Assembly (NCBI GenBank): GCA_964187785.1
Contig: OZ076409.1
Location: forward strand, 90,026,001 to 90,090,000
Source of the DNA: Amphiscolops sp. MND2022
Lineage: Eukaryota
Length of the DNA stretch: 64,000 nucleotides
Direction of reading: 5' to 3'
Part shown: positions 12,601-27,600 of the stretch, piece by piece
Layout of the letters: every line of letters starts with the position of its first letter
Numbering within the stretch: the stretch's first letter is position 1
The notes under the pieces: generated by a model
The model's input: the letters and a program-made list of their open reading frames with translations, nothing else
What the model was told of the DNA's origin: nothing
Database searches by the model: none
Position numbers and translations under genes: made by a program

Positions 12601-15600
12601 AGGGGCCCCTTTGGGTGTAGAATGACTGTGCAAAATTTCGTGAAAATCGTATGGACAGTTTTTGAGAAATTTGAAATTTTCATGAAAAGGTCGGGAGAAA
12701 AAAAAACAACACGATTGCATAAGTAGTCGAAAATTTTTTCCGACTCCTAAAAACTGAAGGTGACCAACCGATCCCAATATAGTTTTGTTACTATGCGATT
12801 TTTACCGAAAGTATTTTGCGTCACTAGTTGGTATTTCTTTAGTTTTTTTTTATTATTCCAAAGAAAAATGCGTTTTAGATGCCTGATGGCCCCTTCCGGG
12901 TAAATTTGACCTTCCATGGAAATTTATTCATTCCACCGAGGGACCCTATGTTTAACTTTTGGAAATTTTGCTTTAGAAAATGAACTGCTTAATGCTGAAA
13001 ATTTCTCCTTGGGGTTATTCCGACATTGGAACTTTTTTCAAAATTTGTTTTTCATTATTTATTCCTCCCGACGGTAGGAGATGGAATCTATCCATTGTAC
13101 AACTTTGGTATCTTTTCAAGTTGTATTAGATCCGCTTCCTGATATAACGTCTCGGAAAAAAACGTGCTTTGACTAAATCAATGTCGTTGTATCTGAACCA
13201 TCAACTCTGACTATTGTCGAAAGTTTGTATCTTTTCAGTTTGAAGAAAAATACCGTTTTTATTATTTTCCGCCCATATTTCATATGGGAAAGGAAAATAT
13301 TTAAATCATTATTTTCCGCCCATGTTTCATATGGGAAAGGAAAATATTTAATCAAACGGGTTTTTTTTTACAAAATTTGCCAAGCACGAAATATATATTC
13401 ACCTTAGAGGGTGTTACCCATAGAATTCAACTCACGTAAATTTAGCTTCGTGCGATATGTATTTGTAGAGATTTTTGGACTTTTTTGGGAATGACGAAAT
13501 TGACACCATAATGACACAAAATGACCCCGAAAATGACAACAATTCAAAAATTTCCCAAATTTCAAAGTTTTTATGCAATTTTTGTCATTTTTTCGATAGA
13601 CATCGTGGATTAGAATGTTGAAAACGTTCAACAAGGCACGAATTCGTTGTCCAATAGTCTTCTATGAAGAGATAAATTCGGTTTTCTTAAAGAAAAATTA
13701 CCCCAAAAATGAACAAAATTCCAACTTTTTTCCATTTTTCACGTTTTTATGCAATTTTTGTCAAATTTTCAGAAGACATCGTGGATTCGAATGTTGAAAA
13801 CGCTCAACATGGCAGGAATTCGTTGTTCAGAAGGCTTTTCCGAAGAGATAATTGCTGTTTTCCATATAAAAAAGATCTCAAATTGAAACCGAAAATGACA
13901 AAAAACCCAAAATTTTCCAATTTTTGAAGTTTTTATCCATTTTTTGTCAAAGTTTCGACAGACTTCGTGGATTGGATTGCTGAAAAAAAATCAACAAAGA
14001 ACAAGTGTGTTGGCCAGTAAACTTTTATGAAGAGATAAAAGCAGTTTTCAAGTTGAAAAATATCTCATATTAGCACCGAAATTGACAAAAAAACCCAAAA
14101 TTTTCAAACCTTCAAAGTTTTCATTCAGTTTTTGTCGAATTGTTGATAGACTTTGTGGATTGGAATGTTGAAAACAGTCATCAAAGTAAAATTTTGTTAC
14201 ATGTACTTTTTGAATCGTTTTGAAGTCAGAATGTTGGCAAACGTTCAACAAAGAGTGAACTCATAATTTAGTAGGCTGTTGAGGAAAAATTTGCAGACTT
14301 CTGTTGGAAAATCGTCAAAATTGACGGCAAAAATTCGAAATTTTGCCTATTTCTGACAGTTCAAGTGAATTTTCAATTGATACTAGAAGTTTTCAACATT
14401 GGAAAATACTAACGATAAAAGCTTCCGAAACCTTACGATGATAAAATTAGGTCCGCAGCAAGTGTTTGAAGAAAAATTTGCAGATTTTATGATAAAAAGA
14501 TTCCTCATAATTACCCAAAAAATTCAAAAACTGATAGTTTTCTTTTAGTACATTTTATGCATTTTTAGTCGGCGCCTTTTCCCTTAAGGAAAAAAAGCCC
14601 GAGTATTACAGTGGGTAGATTTTTTTCTTTTTTAGTTGACAATCTCACTCTGAATGGTCCACTTTTCTTACAATCTTTGTTCATTTGTTCAACTATTTTT
14701 CTGAGAAGCAGGAGATCGTGGGTTCGATTCTCGCACTAAACCACAATTTTTTTGATGCTTTCAAAAGTAGATGCGAGACCAAAGATTTTTTTCGTTTGTT
14801 TTTTTTCGGCACTATGCGACTATTTTTCGGAAATATTCGGATTCTATCAAAGAAAACCCCCTTGCATTTTTTTGAAGTTTTCGGTTTTTAAAAACGTTTA
14901 ATGAGCCTGAATGGCCTCTTTTTGAGTTTTTCGGCATTGTGCGACTTGAAAAAAAATACTTTTTTCGAAAATATTTTTCCAAAAAAAATTTATTGAAAAA
15001 AATTGATTTTTTGCAAATGTTTCCACTAGTTGTTCCTTGAATATTTTTGAGCCTGAGATATGGCGCCGACTTGAGACGATCCCGTGCACAAAGAGGATTT
15101 AAAAAACTCAGTAATGACTAATTCCGGTATCCAGTAGGCATTTTTGAAGAAATAACTGCAATGTTTTTGGAATTGGCCTCAAAAACAGCCCAAAATCCAA
15201 CAAACCACAAAAAAGCACGTTTTTCGACAAATCAATCCAAATTTTTGTTCAAACCACGAAAATTTTGTGGAATAGAAATTCCATTTACCTGAACGTTGAA
15301 ACAATAAGGTATTCAAAACGCAATTTGGGGGAGAAGGTACGATGAAGTTCTTCAAGTTTACAACAAAGGTGTCAGAATTTCCAAATTTTCTCAATTTTCG
15401 ACAACCAAGTAAAAGTTTTGGAACCTTTGCGAAGATTTACCTCAATCAGAAAAGCCATAGGCTCAGGATTGAAACGTGTAGCTGCCGGTAGTGTTTCGGA
15501 AAGATATCAGACAAGTTTTGTGCACAATTTTCAAAAAATTTATTTGGAAACGTGAATTTCTTTTTCGACCTTATTTGTGAAATATTTCATATTCAAAAAG

Positions 15601-18600
15601 CTCCAAGCAAAATCACTAGATATGGAGTAAACCTTCAAAGGGAAGAAAACCCGAGATTGACCCAAAAACAAAAATGAAAAGAGGCATTTTCCACAATCAT
15701 CAAGAAAACTCATCAGTTGCAAAGTATCAAAAGTAACAAAGAGGTCACCCCAAGACTCCGGAAACTCATTTCTTTTACAGAAAACCTCAAAAACTAAAAT
15801 TTGTGAAAATTGTTTTTCGAAAATTGTCTTCGAAAAATTTCTCTTCACGCGGTAAGTCGCATAGTGCCGAAAATACAAAAAGTGGGAAGCTATTGCAGAA
15901 ATAATAAATTAGGTAATGCCTTTGAAAATGGACTAAGATGAATCAAAGCTTTTTTTCGAACTTTTTTCATAGTGCATTGGCTATTCTTGAGCCTCAAATT
16001 TATATAGCTGTAGAACAGTTTGGGGCGGAAAATATCTTGCTCCTCAGCGGGCGTCTTGTAAATTTTATAAAAATAAAAAACAAGCTGACATCAAACATTT
16101 CACATTGATGATTTACGTTTCCCCAGGTGTTCCACCCCTATAAGAGCCTCATACCCAGAGTGCGGGGTTTCACTCTCATAGGGGTGGAACTTCTGTATTT
16201 TACTATTTGAGTTCTAAGATAACTGTTTCTAAAAAATATTCACATTATTCCTGAATTGTGATGGATCTAGCGAAGGCGAAGACGATTTGAATACTTTTTC
16301 TAATTCTTGTTTCGGAACTGTCAATTGTTTAAGTGCATGAGCTAGTTTTCAGATGATTAGCGGCTTTTTCAAGTTTCAACTTTTCCGCTACATTTTTGTC
16401 AATTAGTTAAGGCCATATTGTGTCTGTTTTTATAAAGATGTCTTTGCAAACTATATGAAAAATATCACAGTGCCACTGCCCTCATGCTTGTTTATTTATC
16501 AAACTTACCTCATTAGCAGTTTGGCACGCGTGCTGACCGACAAAGTCCCGGTTTCTCGGATTGTATTGAAGGTGTCAACTGGCATTACAAAGTCGTAGAA
16601 GCCCAGAATAACAGTGTTGGGCTTCATGCCTCCAAGACCAGATAATCTGGCTAGACTGAGAATACCCTCTCGAATAGACTCACTTACTGTCATCTCAACG
16701 AACGCTTTCAACTGCAGGTACTCGATGAGAACCAGCCACTGTTTGGTAGCCTCGGGAACTGGATCAACATCTATCTTGTCCCATCTGTTTTGTAACACGT
16801 GGCCTGGAAAATGCCGATTCATCATATCAAATATCATCATATCAAACGTTTTTCCATTCAAAAACATATCGAAGTTTTTAGCCAATGTAACAAAAGTATC
16901 TCTTTTTGAAAATGTGAAGAAATGACATCACCTTTTTTCTCAATCTTTCGACACTTTTTTTCAATTTTTGCATTGTCATTAGTAAATTCATCGCAGCAGA
17001 ACAATGTCTGAAACCAATTCTGAATGCTCCACACTTTAATTGTTTTTGGATTGATGCTGCAATCCCCAACACTGCAAACCAAGAAGTAGAATGTGAACGC
17101 ACTCTCGTTTTGTGACCACATTAAGTTCTTCACTTTCAAAGCAGTGCTTTCAAAAGTCCTAGGGATGGAAACTACAGAAAAGAGTCAAGTGATAAATACG
17201 AAGGAAAAACCTGGTGAAAACTTTAGATTCTCAAGTTTCAATTTAAACTTCGGGAAACTTCACATTTTTTTTCAAATCAAAAACTAAACTTTCCGTCAAA
17301 AAACTACATGCTTAAACGTGTTTACCACCACGCTGTCATGCGAACGTTAACCTGTGATAACATTCAATAATTGTAGAACTATAAGCACCCTATTTTGTTC
17401 AATGAGGGAACCGAAAAACAAACCGACACAACAGTCTATCGAAAGTATCGAAAAACAGTAAGTAACCCTAAAAACAGTAAGCATCGGCACTTTCTGTTAT
17501 AGCCGTGTCGTAATCGTCATCGCTACTATGAGGCTCAATTGAGTCCTCTCTATTGTGATGATTTTGATTACTCAATGATTTATCCAGTTTTGGTACATTT
17601 TCCCAAGTTTTCTTTCTGGAATCTCAGGGCTCCTGTGTCGCTCACTTGACATTAGGTCCACGTTTGGCCTTGCACCACTATTAATTACACTCAGTGTCTC
17701 TCTGATTGACAGCAGAACTTGATCTGAGATGACTTGTTCAATTGTTTCTCTAATGTGCAAATTTGAGTCTATCTTGAATTCATTTATCTTGCTAGAAACT
17801 TGACTGGTAAATTCACTGTTGATCATGCGTAATGTTTCTGATGTCATATCGCTATTTCCAACATTGTTTGTATTAAGTAAAGTCCTAAAGTCATCTCCAC
17901 TTGGATTAGTATTAGTCGGCCGCTCATTAGACCCTCGGTCCATATTTTCGTCATTTTTACTCAATTGGCTATCTACCTTATTTCTTGAGTACGTTCCAAG
18001 CATAATATCTAAGTTCTCCATATCAGACATTACGTCCCATTGTCTAGACCTCTTTTCTCTGGCCTTTTGCTTGCGGATAGAAGGCATTGTAAGTTTCTTT
18101 CAGTGAACAATCAGATGCTAGTATACCGATACAAATACAATGATAGTAAATGTGAATACTAAACAAGGCAGAACTCATTGGATTTCAAAGTAATCTGGAC
18201 AGGTTTGGATTAGCGCAATTTGTGACAAAGATTTTAGTATGGTCCAGTTGTAAAACTGTGATCCCCCAATCAAGGTTGATCCACTATATATAGTTGATTT
18301 TGCATCATATTCGAAGTAAACTTGCGGGTCATAATACTATAAATAGTAGCACCCTAGAGTGACATTATTAGTCGGCGCTTTTCTTAAGAAAAGAGCCCGA
18401 CTATTACAGTCAATCGTTTTTTTTCTTTTTTTTTATTTAAGAAAGACTCGAAGCGACGAACGTTAAAATTAACGTTCAACTACTAAATACAGTACTAGTA
18501 AAACACTGGCAGCGCATTTGAGATAGTGCAAAGGGTCCCCCTTTCAGTAAGTCCATTTTTATCGTAAGATACAAAACAGGACGAGACTATAGGGTCCCCC

Positions 18601-21600
18601 CTTTGAGTTTTTTTCGGCACTGTGCGACTTTTTTTTCGAAAATTTTTTTTGTCCCCAAAGGGTCCCCCCTTCGAGTTTTTTGATATTTTGCAACGGAATG
18701 TATGTTATTGAATCCAGAAGGGTCCCCCTTTTACATTTTTCGGCACTATGCGACATTTTTCGAAAGAAAAAAATTTTTCAAAAATTTCAATTTTTTCGGA
18801 AAAAAATCTTTTGCGCTTTTTGAGCCTTAGATATGGCGCCGACTTTAGACGTTCCCGTCTTGTTCTATTTATAGCCATAGGTATTATATAGTAAATGATG
18901 TCATGTTACGTCATTAGGTCAGTGGGAAAAGTGGGAAAGGAAGGGGGGTTGGATTTTTCTCCTAATTCATGTATTTCAACGGCGGACTTATAGTCCTATC
19001 AACAAGCAGTATTAATAATACAGCACAGCATATTTCATGTGTGACGTCACAAGCAAACTAGTAACGCGGTGGACGTAACGTCCATTGAGCTACAGCGCAA
19101 ATGAGTGTATTCAAATCCGATTGGTTATTTTCAAATTTGGACAGCGCGTCTACCTGGCCTTAGCAAGGTATCATTTGAACGCGTTTCCTATTCAATTACA
19201 TGTTGCATTACGTACATTGTATCAAACAATCGTTACCTTTACATACTATACGATCAAATTTACATTGTAATTGCACCTTTAAATACAAGTGAATAGACGC
19301 AGAAAAACACATTTAACTATAAAAATAACATCAACTAAAAAGTAATAAATTGTTGAGTAAACGGCTGGGGTCGGATAGACGCTAGGTCCATTTCTTCATA
19401 AGGGTAGAACTCCAGGTAGGGGATTTGTGTTGGCTCGGTCAGCTGGGATTTGACAATAATTTCCATCTAAGGCGGCCGCCTGCGATAAGCCGACTTGGCT
19501 TTCTGTTAATTTCTCGATGTTTCCTAAGAATTTTTGTACGACTTGAATGGAGCCATAATGATCCAGACTTTGTGCAAGCAGGGTTCGTCATTTGTTTTTT
19601 TTAAATCAATTAAAACAAACAGTTTTTATGCAATTAAACATGTTTTTTTCCTATTGTTTTTTATAAATTTTCCACTTCCAACTGAGAACAAGACGGGAAC
19701 GTCTAAAGTCGGCGCTATATCTAAGGCTCAAAAAAGCGCTTAGTTTTTAAACTTGTAAAAGGGGGACCCTTTCGGCTTTTTGAAAATCCAGTCTGTTGCA
19801 AAATATCAAAAAATTGAGACATTAAAAAAATTCGAAATTTTTTTTGAAAAAATTTTTCGAAAAAAAAACAAAAAATGAGAATTTTGAGACAGTCTCACAG
19901 TGCCGAAAACTAAAAAGGGTGGACTCTTTGAGCTTTTTGAAACTTCAGTTTGCCGCAAAATATCAAAAAACTTGAAGGGGGGACCCTTTGGCGACAAAAA
20001 AAATTCGAAAAAAAGTCGCACAGTGCCGAAAAAAAATCAAAGGGGGGACCCTGTGGTCCCGCCCGGTTTTGTATTTTACGTTAAAAATTGAGTACACGAA
20101 AGGGGGGACCCTTTGCAGTAACTCAGATGTGATTCCGCTTGCCGGTACAGTACTTTTAGTAGTTCTGTAAAAAGTGTCCACTACGCATACATTCTGTGGT
20201 CTGACGAAAAAAAAAAGAAAAAAAAACTTGCCACTGTAATAGTCGGGCTCATTTTCTTCTAAAATGCGCCGACTAAAAACAGATATCATTGTTTCTCAAT
20301 CTTTAATTACATTAAATGTAAATTTGGAAAAATTATTTGTTCAATTGGCGACACAAAAAGCAGCTTTTGGCTGCCTTCTCGTTATCTTGTTGGCATCTCA
20401 GCTTTGAACGAATTGAACCTAAACGAATTTTTGAACATAAACGATATATCACATTAAAAAATAGGGGGGTGAAAACAATCGAAAATAAAAAACAATGAAT
20501 TCTTTTTCAAATCTCAAAATGTTTTATAAAATGTTTTAAAATGTTTTTATTGATGTTTTAAAACGTTTACTATTGGGGTGTTTTAAAACAGGCCAACCCT
20601 GTGTGCAAGTTGGTCGGAAAGCCCGAGATGTTCAATTGATAGGTCACCTGCATTTTAACACAAAGCGAAGTAGCCGAACTTCAACATCACACTGTAGTCG
20701 AATATAGCAGAATCTATACAACACCATGAATGTCAATAACTGAGGTTCACTTTCTGGAAAATTCTCTTATTTCAATCACAGAAAAGATGTGAACTCAACA
20801 GCTTATCTCTCTAAGCATGTATTATCAGTCAAGTGACCATGTCAAAGCAACTATAAGCTGAAAAGCGTGAACTTGAAACTTAACTCACCTATAACATACA
20901 GCCCACTTTTCTTCAAGTCGTTTGTAAATCTCATCAAGGGTACACAAGATTTAGGGTTGTTGACTAGCAGCAAAATCTGAGGTCTCCAGAACTTGACGTG
21001 GTCTTTGCGGGAGTCTAGCTTAAGTAAGAACTTCCGCACCAAGTAGAAAGTCAATCCTTGGGTTATGGAACCCCAAACTGTCGGAGGTCCGACTATTGAT
21101 ATGAGCATAATAAGCACAACCAGAATCAAGAGGTTCACGCAGGCGTATACAGGAGATATGATAAAGATCATGGTAAGACAACCAATCATACCAACAACAG
21201 ACACGTGCCAGGAAAAGTATTTGAAACTAGGGCGGAAATTGGGCGCTGACGCAATGTCAAGCAACGCACAGGCAACGTTGATGAAGAAGTAAACCATCAA
21301 GAAGAATATAGAGACCATTGGTGCAATGTCGTTAACATTGTTTACAAACAAGACACATTGTATCAAACAAGCACTGAAAGCGACACATAGATATGGGTTT
21401 CCAGTACTTGTGGCATACTTGGCAAAAGGGTCCAGCACTATTCCAAGAATTTTGTCCTTTGAAACTGCAAAAAGAATTCGTGACGCTCCTATCAGTGAAC
21501 TGAGGGCGGCCGAAGTTGTAACTAGAATGGTGCCCACGAAAACTAAAGGCGGCCAGAAACTGATAGGCTGCAAAAAAGTGTAGTTCATGTGTAGAAGATC

Positions 21601-24600
21601 GTTGGAACAGGTGAAAGCACTCAGAATGTACAAAAGGGTGTAGATAGAAAATGTGTAGGCTTCGGCTAGAAGGGTTCCTCTGGGAATAGATTTGGAGGGG
21701 TTTTTAAGTTCCCCACTTAAATTCGCTCCAGCTAGAATACCTGTGCACCCATTGAAGACAATACCGAACACTGAGATAAAATTGTAGACGTCTTTTGTAG
21801 TGTAATCCTATTGGCAAGAACTAGCAACTTACATTTACAATCTAGTTTTCACAAATCACTTCTTTCGGCGTAATTATTTATATTTTATTTATTAACTTAC
21901 GTTAACTTAATAAATATTATATTAACTTGCGTTATATTATAACCAGGAGGCGGAATTTAAGTGGTTAAAAACAACCCAAAAAGGTACTTTGAAGGAGCTC
22001 AAAAAACTTTAGAATAGGTGCTAAAAAAAGTGTATAAAATGAAAAAATTTTGCTTCAAAAATGTATTATGTGATTGTATTGGAGCTACAATGTTTCATTA
22101 CAATAGCAGAACAAAATTTGTTTGATTGATTCCTCGGTCAAATTCTCTCTGGAATCAGTAACCAAATTGTTATGCATGCTGAAATTCCTCTAAACTCTTA
22201 GCTGGGAAATTGGTCAAAAAGGTATTTTGAATCACTTATGGTCCAAAAAAGTGGTTATAGGTGCGTAAAGGTATTCATCTAAATTCCGCATCCTGATTAT
22301 AACTATTGACTTTGTCATGGCCATCCGGAGCTATGGCGGAAGAGCCCTCTTAGAAACAAGTTTTTTTTCACTTTCTTGACTAGTTGATAGATCCGATCAA
22401 GCATGATCAAGAAAAAAGGGAACGTATGCGACATCGTAGTTGAAACGTCAAACATTTTCCGCAAATTTTATTGCATGTCTTCAAAAATCAGAAGAAACAT
22501 GTAAATATCTTACATGAAAGAAAATACTTGCAGGATCATACATATTTTGCAGGATTTTTGGACAAACTTTGCAAGATCATACAAAAACACCAGTATCTTA
22601 CAAAATCTGACGAAAATTACCGAGTCGCCTGGCGGAATAATGCATTAAAATTCAAGATCCTTGTGTCTGAAGTTTCAATTAAGGCATGCTTATGTTGTAA
22701 ATGTTAAGTAAAAACCCGTACGTATAGTGATGATTTTTTAAGGAATCAGGAATCAGGAATGATTTGAAAATGAGTCACTTCCGTTGAAAAGATGAGCTGA
22801 GTCTTATGATAATTCTTGCCTGTGAGTAATGAGATTTGTCGTTTTCCTTGAACGTGTGATAACTTAATCCGGTGAAGGTTGCATTATCTTGGCCGAACAA
22901 TTCTTGACTGTCTGATGGCAGAACTATGCTTTTTTCGCCTTGGGTGAAAAAATTGACGATCACGCAAACAAGGATCGAATTAACGATGATGAAAATGACG
23001 AAGGTGCTTTTTGCATACAATGAGCCTCCGACTGCGCAAATCACAGTGCAGAAAACTAGTATCAGGAAACTGGATAGAAATTACCGATTCAAATTACCAT
23101 CAAGTGATCAAAATATTATTTATGCGTGATCACTAATCCACGTTGAACCATTATTTCAAAATTGATAATGTGAATGCATGATTGATAAATAATTTTTACT
23201 GAAGATATCGGCCCCGAACAAATGAAAAGAAAGATGATAAAGTTTGGAAGAGTTTCGAAGCATGCTCCGTTGAACTTTGTGACCAAGCAAAATGTTCCTA
23301 AACAGGGGGCTTTTCCTTCCAACCACGCCGCCCACGCAAAAAGTTTGTGAAAAAATTAGCATAAGTTAGTAGCTGATTATGTGCACGTATGTGTAGTCAG
23401 CAAAATAGAGCACAGTAGAATGTTTTAACTCGGCAGTGTTTCGTCCTCAAATGAGGACAGCGATTTTTTAGCAATCAATACAAAATTACGAAACGCAAAA
23501 AGAATATAGGAAAACGAAAATTGGTCTTTCTTATCGACGGTCTTTTGGAGTATCTGGGGTGAGCTGTTATTTGTGTCAGTATAGCTTTTTTTCTAAGCCA
23601 CCGGCAAAAAATTAACTGGAAAAAGAAAATTTGCAAAATATTACATCCCTAGTTGAGACTGCAGGAACTATTTACATGCTGCAGGCCTGCATGCAGGGTA
23701 ATTGTTTATAAAACCTAGAAAAATCAGGGTAATTCAGGTGGTAAATTTTGTAGAATTACACTGCATTTTCCACTACTGCAATTAAATTTGAAAATAGATA
23801 CAACATCATCACCGACACGACCTTATTGTATTTACAATTTGCTTTCTCAACTACTCATCTGATGTGATCACCGCGTCTCAAATAGGACGCTAAACATGAC
23901 GGTATATTGCAGTTTATTAGGTGACTGAGGTAATTTTGCATTAAAATGGCTGTTAAACTGAGAACAATTTATTTGCTTTTAAAATTAGAACTGCTTCTTA
24001 ATGAAACCTGCAAAACTTCAAGGCGTAAAATTGCCGCCAAAACATTGATGAATCTTTCAAGCAGCTTGATAAAAGTCGAATACAACATGTAAATATTTTC
24101 TCATTAAAGTTTCCGTAAGAGTTTTAGAAAATCATAATAGAAGTTGCTGGCAACATTAAAGTACATGCAAAAAGTTCAAGAAGTTTCAACAAGGGATGTC
24201 ACAAAAATAGCCTTTTCTCAATAACTGAGCAACTGCTTGCTAAATTACTTTCCCACTCTAACATTACAGCAGACCACCACTGAAGGCGCATATAGATGTT
24301 TTTTCAATGAAGATTCAGTTATAAATTTGACCGGCATTTGAAAGGCCCGGCATTTTTCGATTTTAGAACAATTCTTTGGGCAAAAAAAAAGTTTTTTAAA
24401 CGTGTGGAGGGAAATGTGAAAAGAGCGCTAAGTAGTTCATATATAAGAATCCATCTTAACACCTTCACATTCAGATTCTCTGAAACACTGGTTTTAAAGC
24501 ATGATGGTAATTTTGCCTGTATAGTAGTTGATAGGAGTAGTCTTCGGGCAAAGAGTGATGTAAAGAGCCCGATTCTTGTCCAAATGAGTCAATGATGGCT

Positions 24601-27600
24601 TCTGTAACTGACATGATGTATACAGAAGAAGACAGAACGTTGCTAATGAATAATAACAATCCCAGGGCACCTCCAAACTCGGGTCCCAGGGTCCTACTGA
24701 TCATGAAGTAGGCACCGCCTGCATCCACTTCTCCATTGGTTGAAATTGCGCAAATTGACAGGGTTGTCATCAAAATGATGAAGTACCCTGTAAAAGGAAT
24801 ATGAAAACTGATTGAAAAACAGTATATTTATTTTGTAGTTCATGAAAACTAGGCACAAGTTCAAAAAACTTGTTTTTGGTGCGGCTGCAACCATTTTTTA
24901 CGTAAACACTTAATTATTAAAATTTTTACTTACCAGGCCGCCCTCCCTCTGAATACCGAGTTTTTTTCCTCCCTAAATTATCGAAAAAAGGAAAATTTTG
25001 ACTTTTTGCTCAATTGGCACTCCGTTTTATGCTCTTTTGACAACAATCCAAGTAAATTGTTTTTTTTCTTGAACTCTGTGGAAACTCGTAACTGTACAAA
25101 ACTCGTGAAAATTCCCAAAATAAACAGTTGGAAATATTTGAAAACACTGCTTTAGTTTAATTCAGGCTTTCCTTGAACGAATTTTTTTCAAAAAACGTAT
25201 GCCAAGTAGCCAGTTGTTGTGCTGTCAAACCCTGTGGATACTGATACCCACGAACAAATCCAAATTATTTACAATTCCGGAAAACATACCAAAATTTGAC
25301 AGAAAATAAAGTTTTTTTTGCGACGTCAACACGGGATGGACGCCAAAAAAGCTATAACGCGTTTCTACGCCGACGCTATTTGCTCTCGAAACCATCTCCC
25401 CGTAGCGAAATAGGATACCACATTTGCATCGGAGTATACAAGCGATGGTAGTTACAAAATTATCCATTCTAAGTGATTTGCTCAAGGATAGAAAATTCTA
25501 AATGCACGCCTTTGCTCGTTTCATTGATGTTTCTCGGCCAAGTGCTATTTTAGTCGTCGTTTTTCCATTAAGCCCGACTATTTTATATGTCAGTCTCACT
25601 CTGAATGGTTCACTTTTTGTGCTCTGTGAACTTTTACCATAAGTGCACATTACTTACGCTGATTGACAGAAACTAATTTTACCAAACTTCTATTGGCTAC
25701 CCAGGTTGTCACGCTATGGCCCGCCATCCATGATTCATGGCTCGCCATGGCATGGGCCATGACATGGGCAAGGTATGGAAATCTGCTAAAGGACTCGAGT
25801 ATCTTCTTGCTAAACTGATGATGCTATTACTAATTGAAAGTGTTGAGTGAATCCCCTGAACTTCTAGCAACTGTAACTTTAGAAGACCATATGGTAAATG
25901 GTCTTTTGCTTCTTTTTTTTCAATACGGTTGTGTTTACTAACAACCTGCTTCTTTTAGTGAATTCAACTTAGCCAGGAGCATGCGCGCTGCCACATCCCC
26001 CACGATAAACGAAAAGTTAACACTGGTAATAAATATGTATCCAGTATAACCTAAATTACAAATCCGTGTACATTTGGTTATTTACGCAAGAAGTTTACAT
26101 GACCGTAAGTTTTAAGGGTCTTAAATGTTTTTGCTCTTTTAGTTTTCTTCCGGGTGATCGCGTTCTATTGAAGACATTTGGGACACCATTATGTTGTTAC
26201 CATAGAGGTCTGGTATAATTCTTGGTCGTTCTCCAGGACGTGCTGGTTGATTTGTTATAACCTAACTCGGTTTAGTATCTTCCCCTTCGGTCTTTCCTTC
26301 ACTTTCCTTCGATTCAGATTTTTGTGTTTGTTAGGCACAAAACCCTCGTTCGTCGTCTGACCCCGATAGTATAGTTTCGAGCTGTTTCAAGAGTCCTTTT
26401 TCCTTTCTCAGTTTGTTTTGTTGTTGTTGACGTCTTGCTCTCCTTTTCAGTTCCTCTATCTTTTGTGCCGCAGCGTTCTTTTGTAAATTTGGCTCATTGT
26501 TGATCTTTGGGTTCTGATTGGTCAGTCGCTCTTCATTGTCCGATGCTTTCTGGCTTAACGTTTCGCTCTCATTTGCCTGTTTGCTCTCGTTTACAATATC
26601 TTGTCTATCTACGCTCTCTCTTGACCGTGCGCTCTCAGTGTCACTTGTAGAGGACATTGTGTCTGTTCATCCTCCGTTTCGTTTTCTTTCGTTATCTTCC
26701 ATCTCGAGCAGCATGCTTTGTCGTCCGCTTTGTTCCAATCCACATCACTTTTTTGAGATTACCGATGATTGCGTCCGTCCGGCGGGAAGAAACGTTTTGG
26801 TGTGGTTGCTGTTCTCGAGTAGCACTCCTTTCTGACTTCCTATGCCCCTTCTAATTTTACTCCGCGAGTTTTTTCTCGGATCATGATAGTGGAGTACTGG
26901 CCCGATTCAAAGTCATCATTGGTCAGTTCGAACTCTGGGTTCTCAGAAGTAAATTGACTTTTTTAACGACTATTAATTTTATTGTTTTTGGTTCTTGTCC
27001 AGTATAGCGTTCAAAGAGAAACTTTCTTGTAGCTAATGGGTTTTTTCGTAATGCGAAAACTATTTCCGACAGTCAAGTTTTGTCCTTAGTTTTAATTATT
27101 TTCTCATTCGTTCTCAACCTTTCGTTTATTGTACGAATTAATCTCTCAATGATCTCGAACAGGGCACGCAACGTGCCTCATAAACCAATTTCTGCAAAAT
27201 TCTTTAAACTTGTGGCTTCTAAACATAATTGGCAGGTCTGTTCTTATCGTTTTTGGAAATCCGTGACTGGTAACATACTTCTTTAAATATTCAATTACTT
27301 TATTTGTGCTTGGCTTCCTTGAAAATTTTGCTTCAGGCCAGCCAATATATTGGTCTATGGACACTAACAAACATTTTCGAGCTCCTATTGCGTTTTGGAA
27401 CGGACCAGCAAAATCTGTAACACTTTCCTGACTGTTTCTTTACACTCTGGGAGTTTTCCCGTTTGTTTTTGACGCGAGTGAGGTTTAGAATTCTTAACCG
27501 CTTTTTTACGTTGTTGGCATGTTTGGGCGATTTCGACCACTTCTCTGAAGAGTCGGGGCCACCATACATTCGCGACCATCGCCAGCATGATGTCGCGCCC

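Noticed and set aside
10877..12777. ORFs with KGGPF/GDPL or repeated SYGWDVRN peptides (also at 19806-20289, 34515-35268, 37151-37418)
   Set aside because: These are translations of GGGTCCCCC motifs and tandem units in HINE-like repeats.
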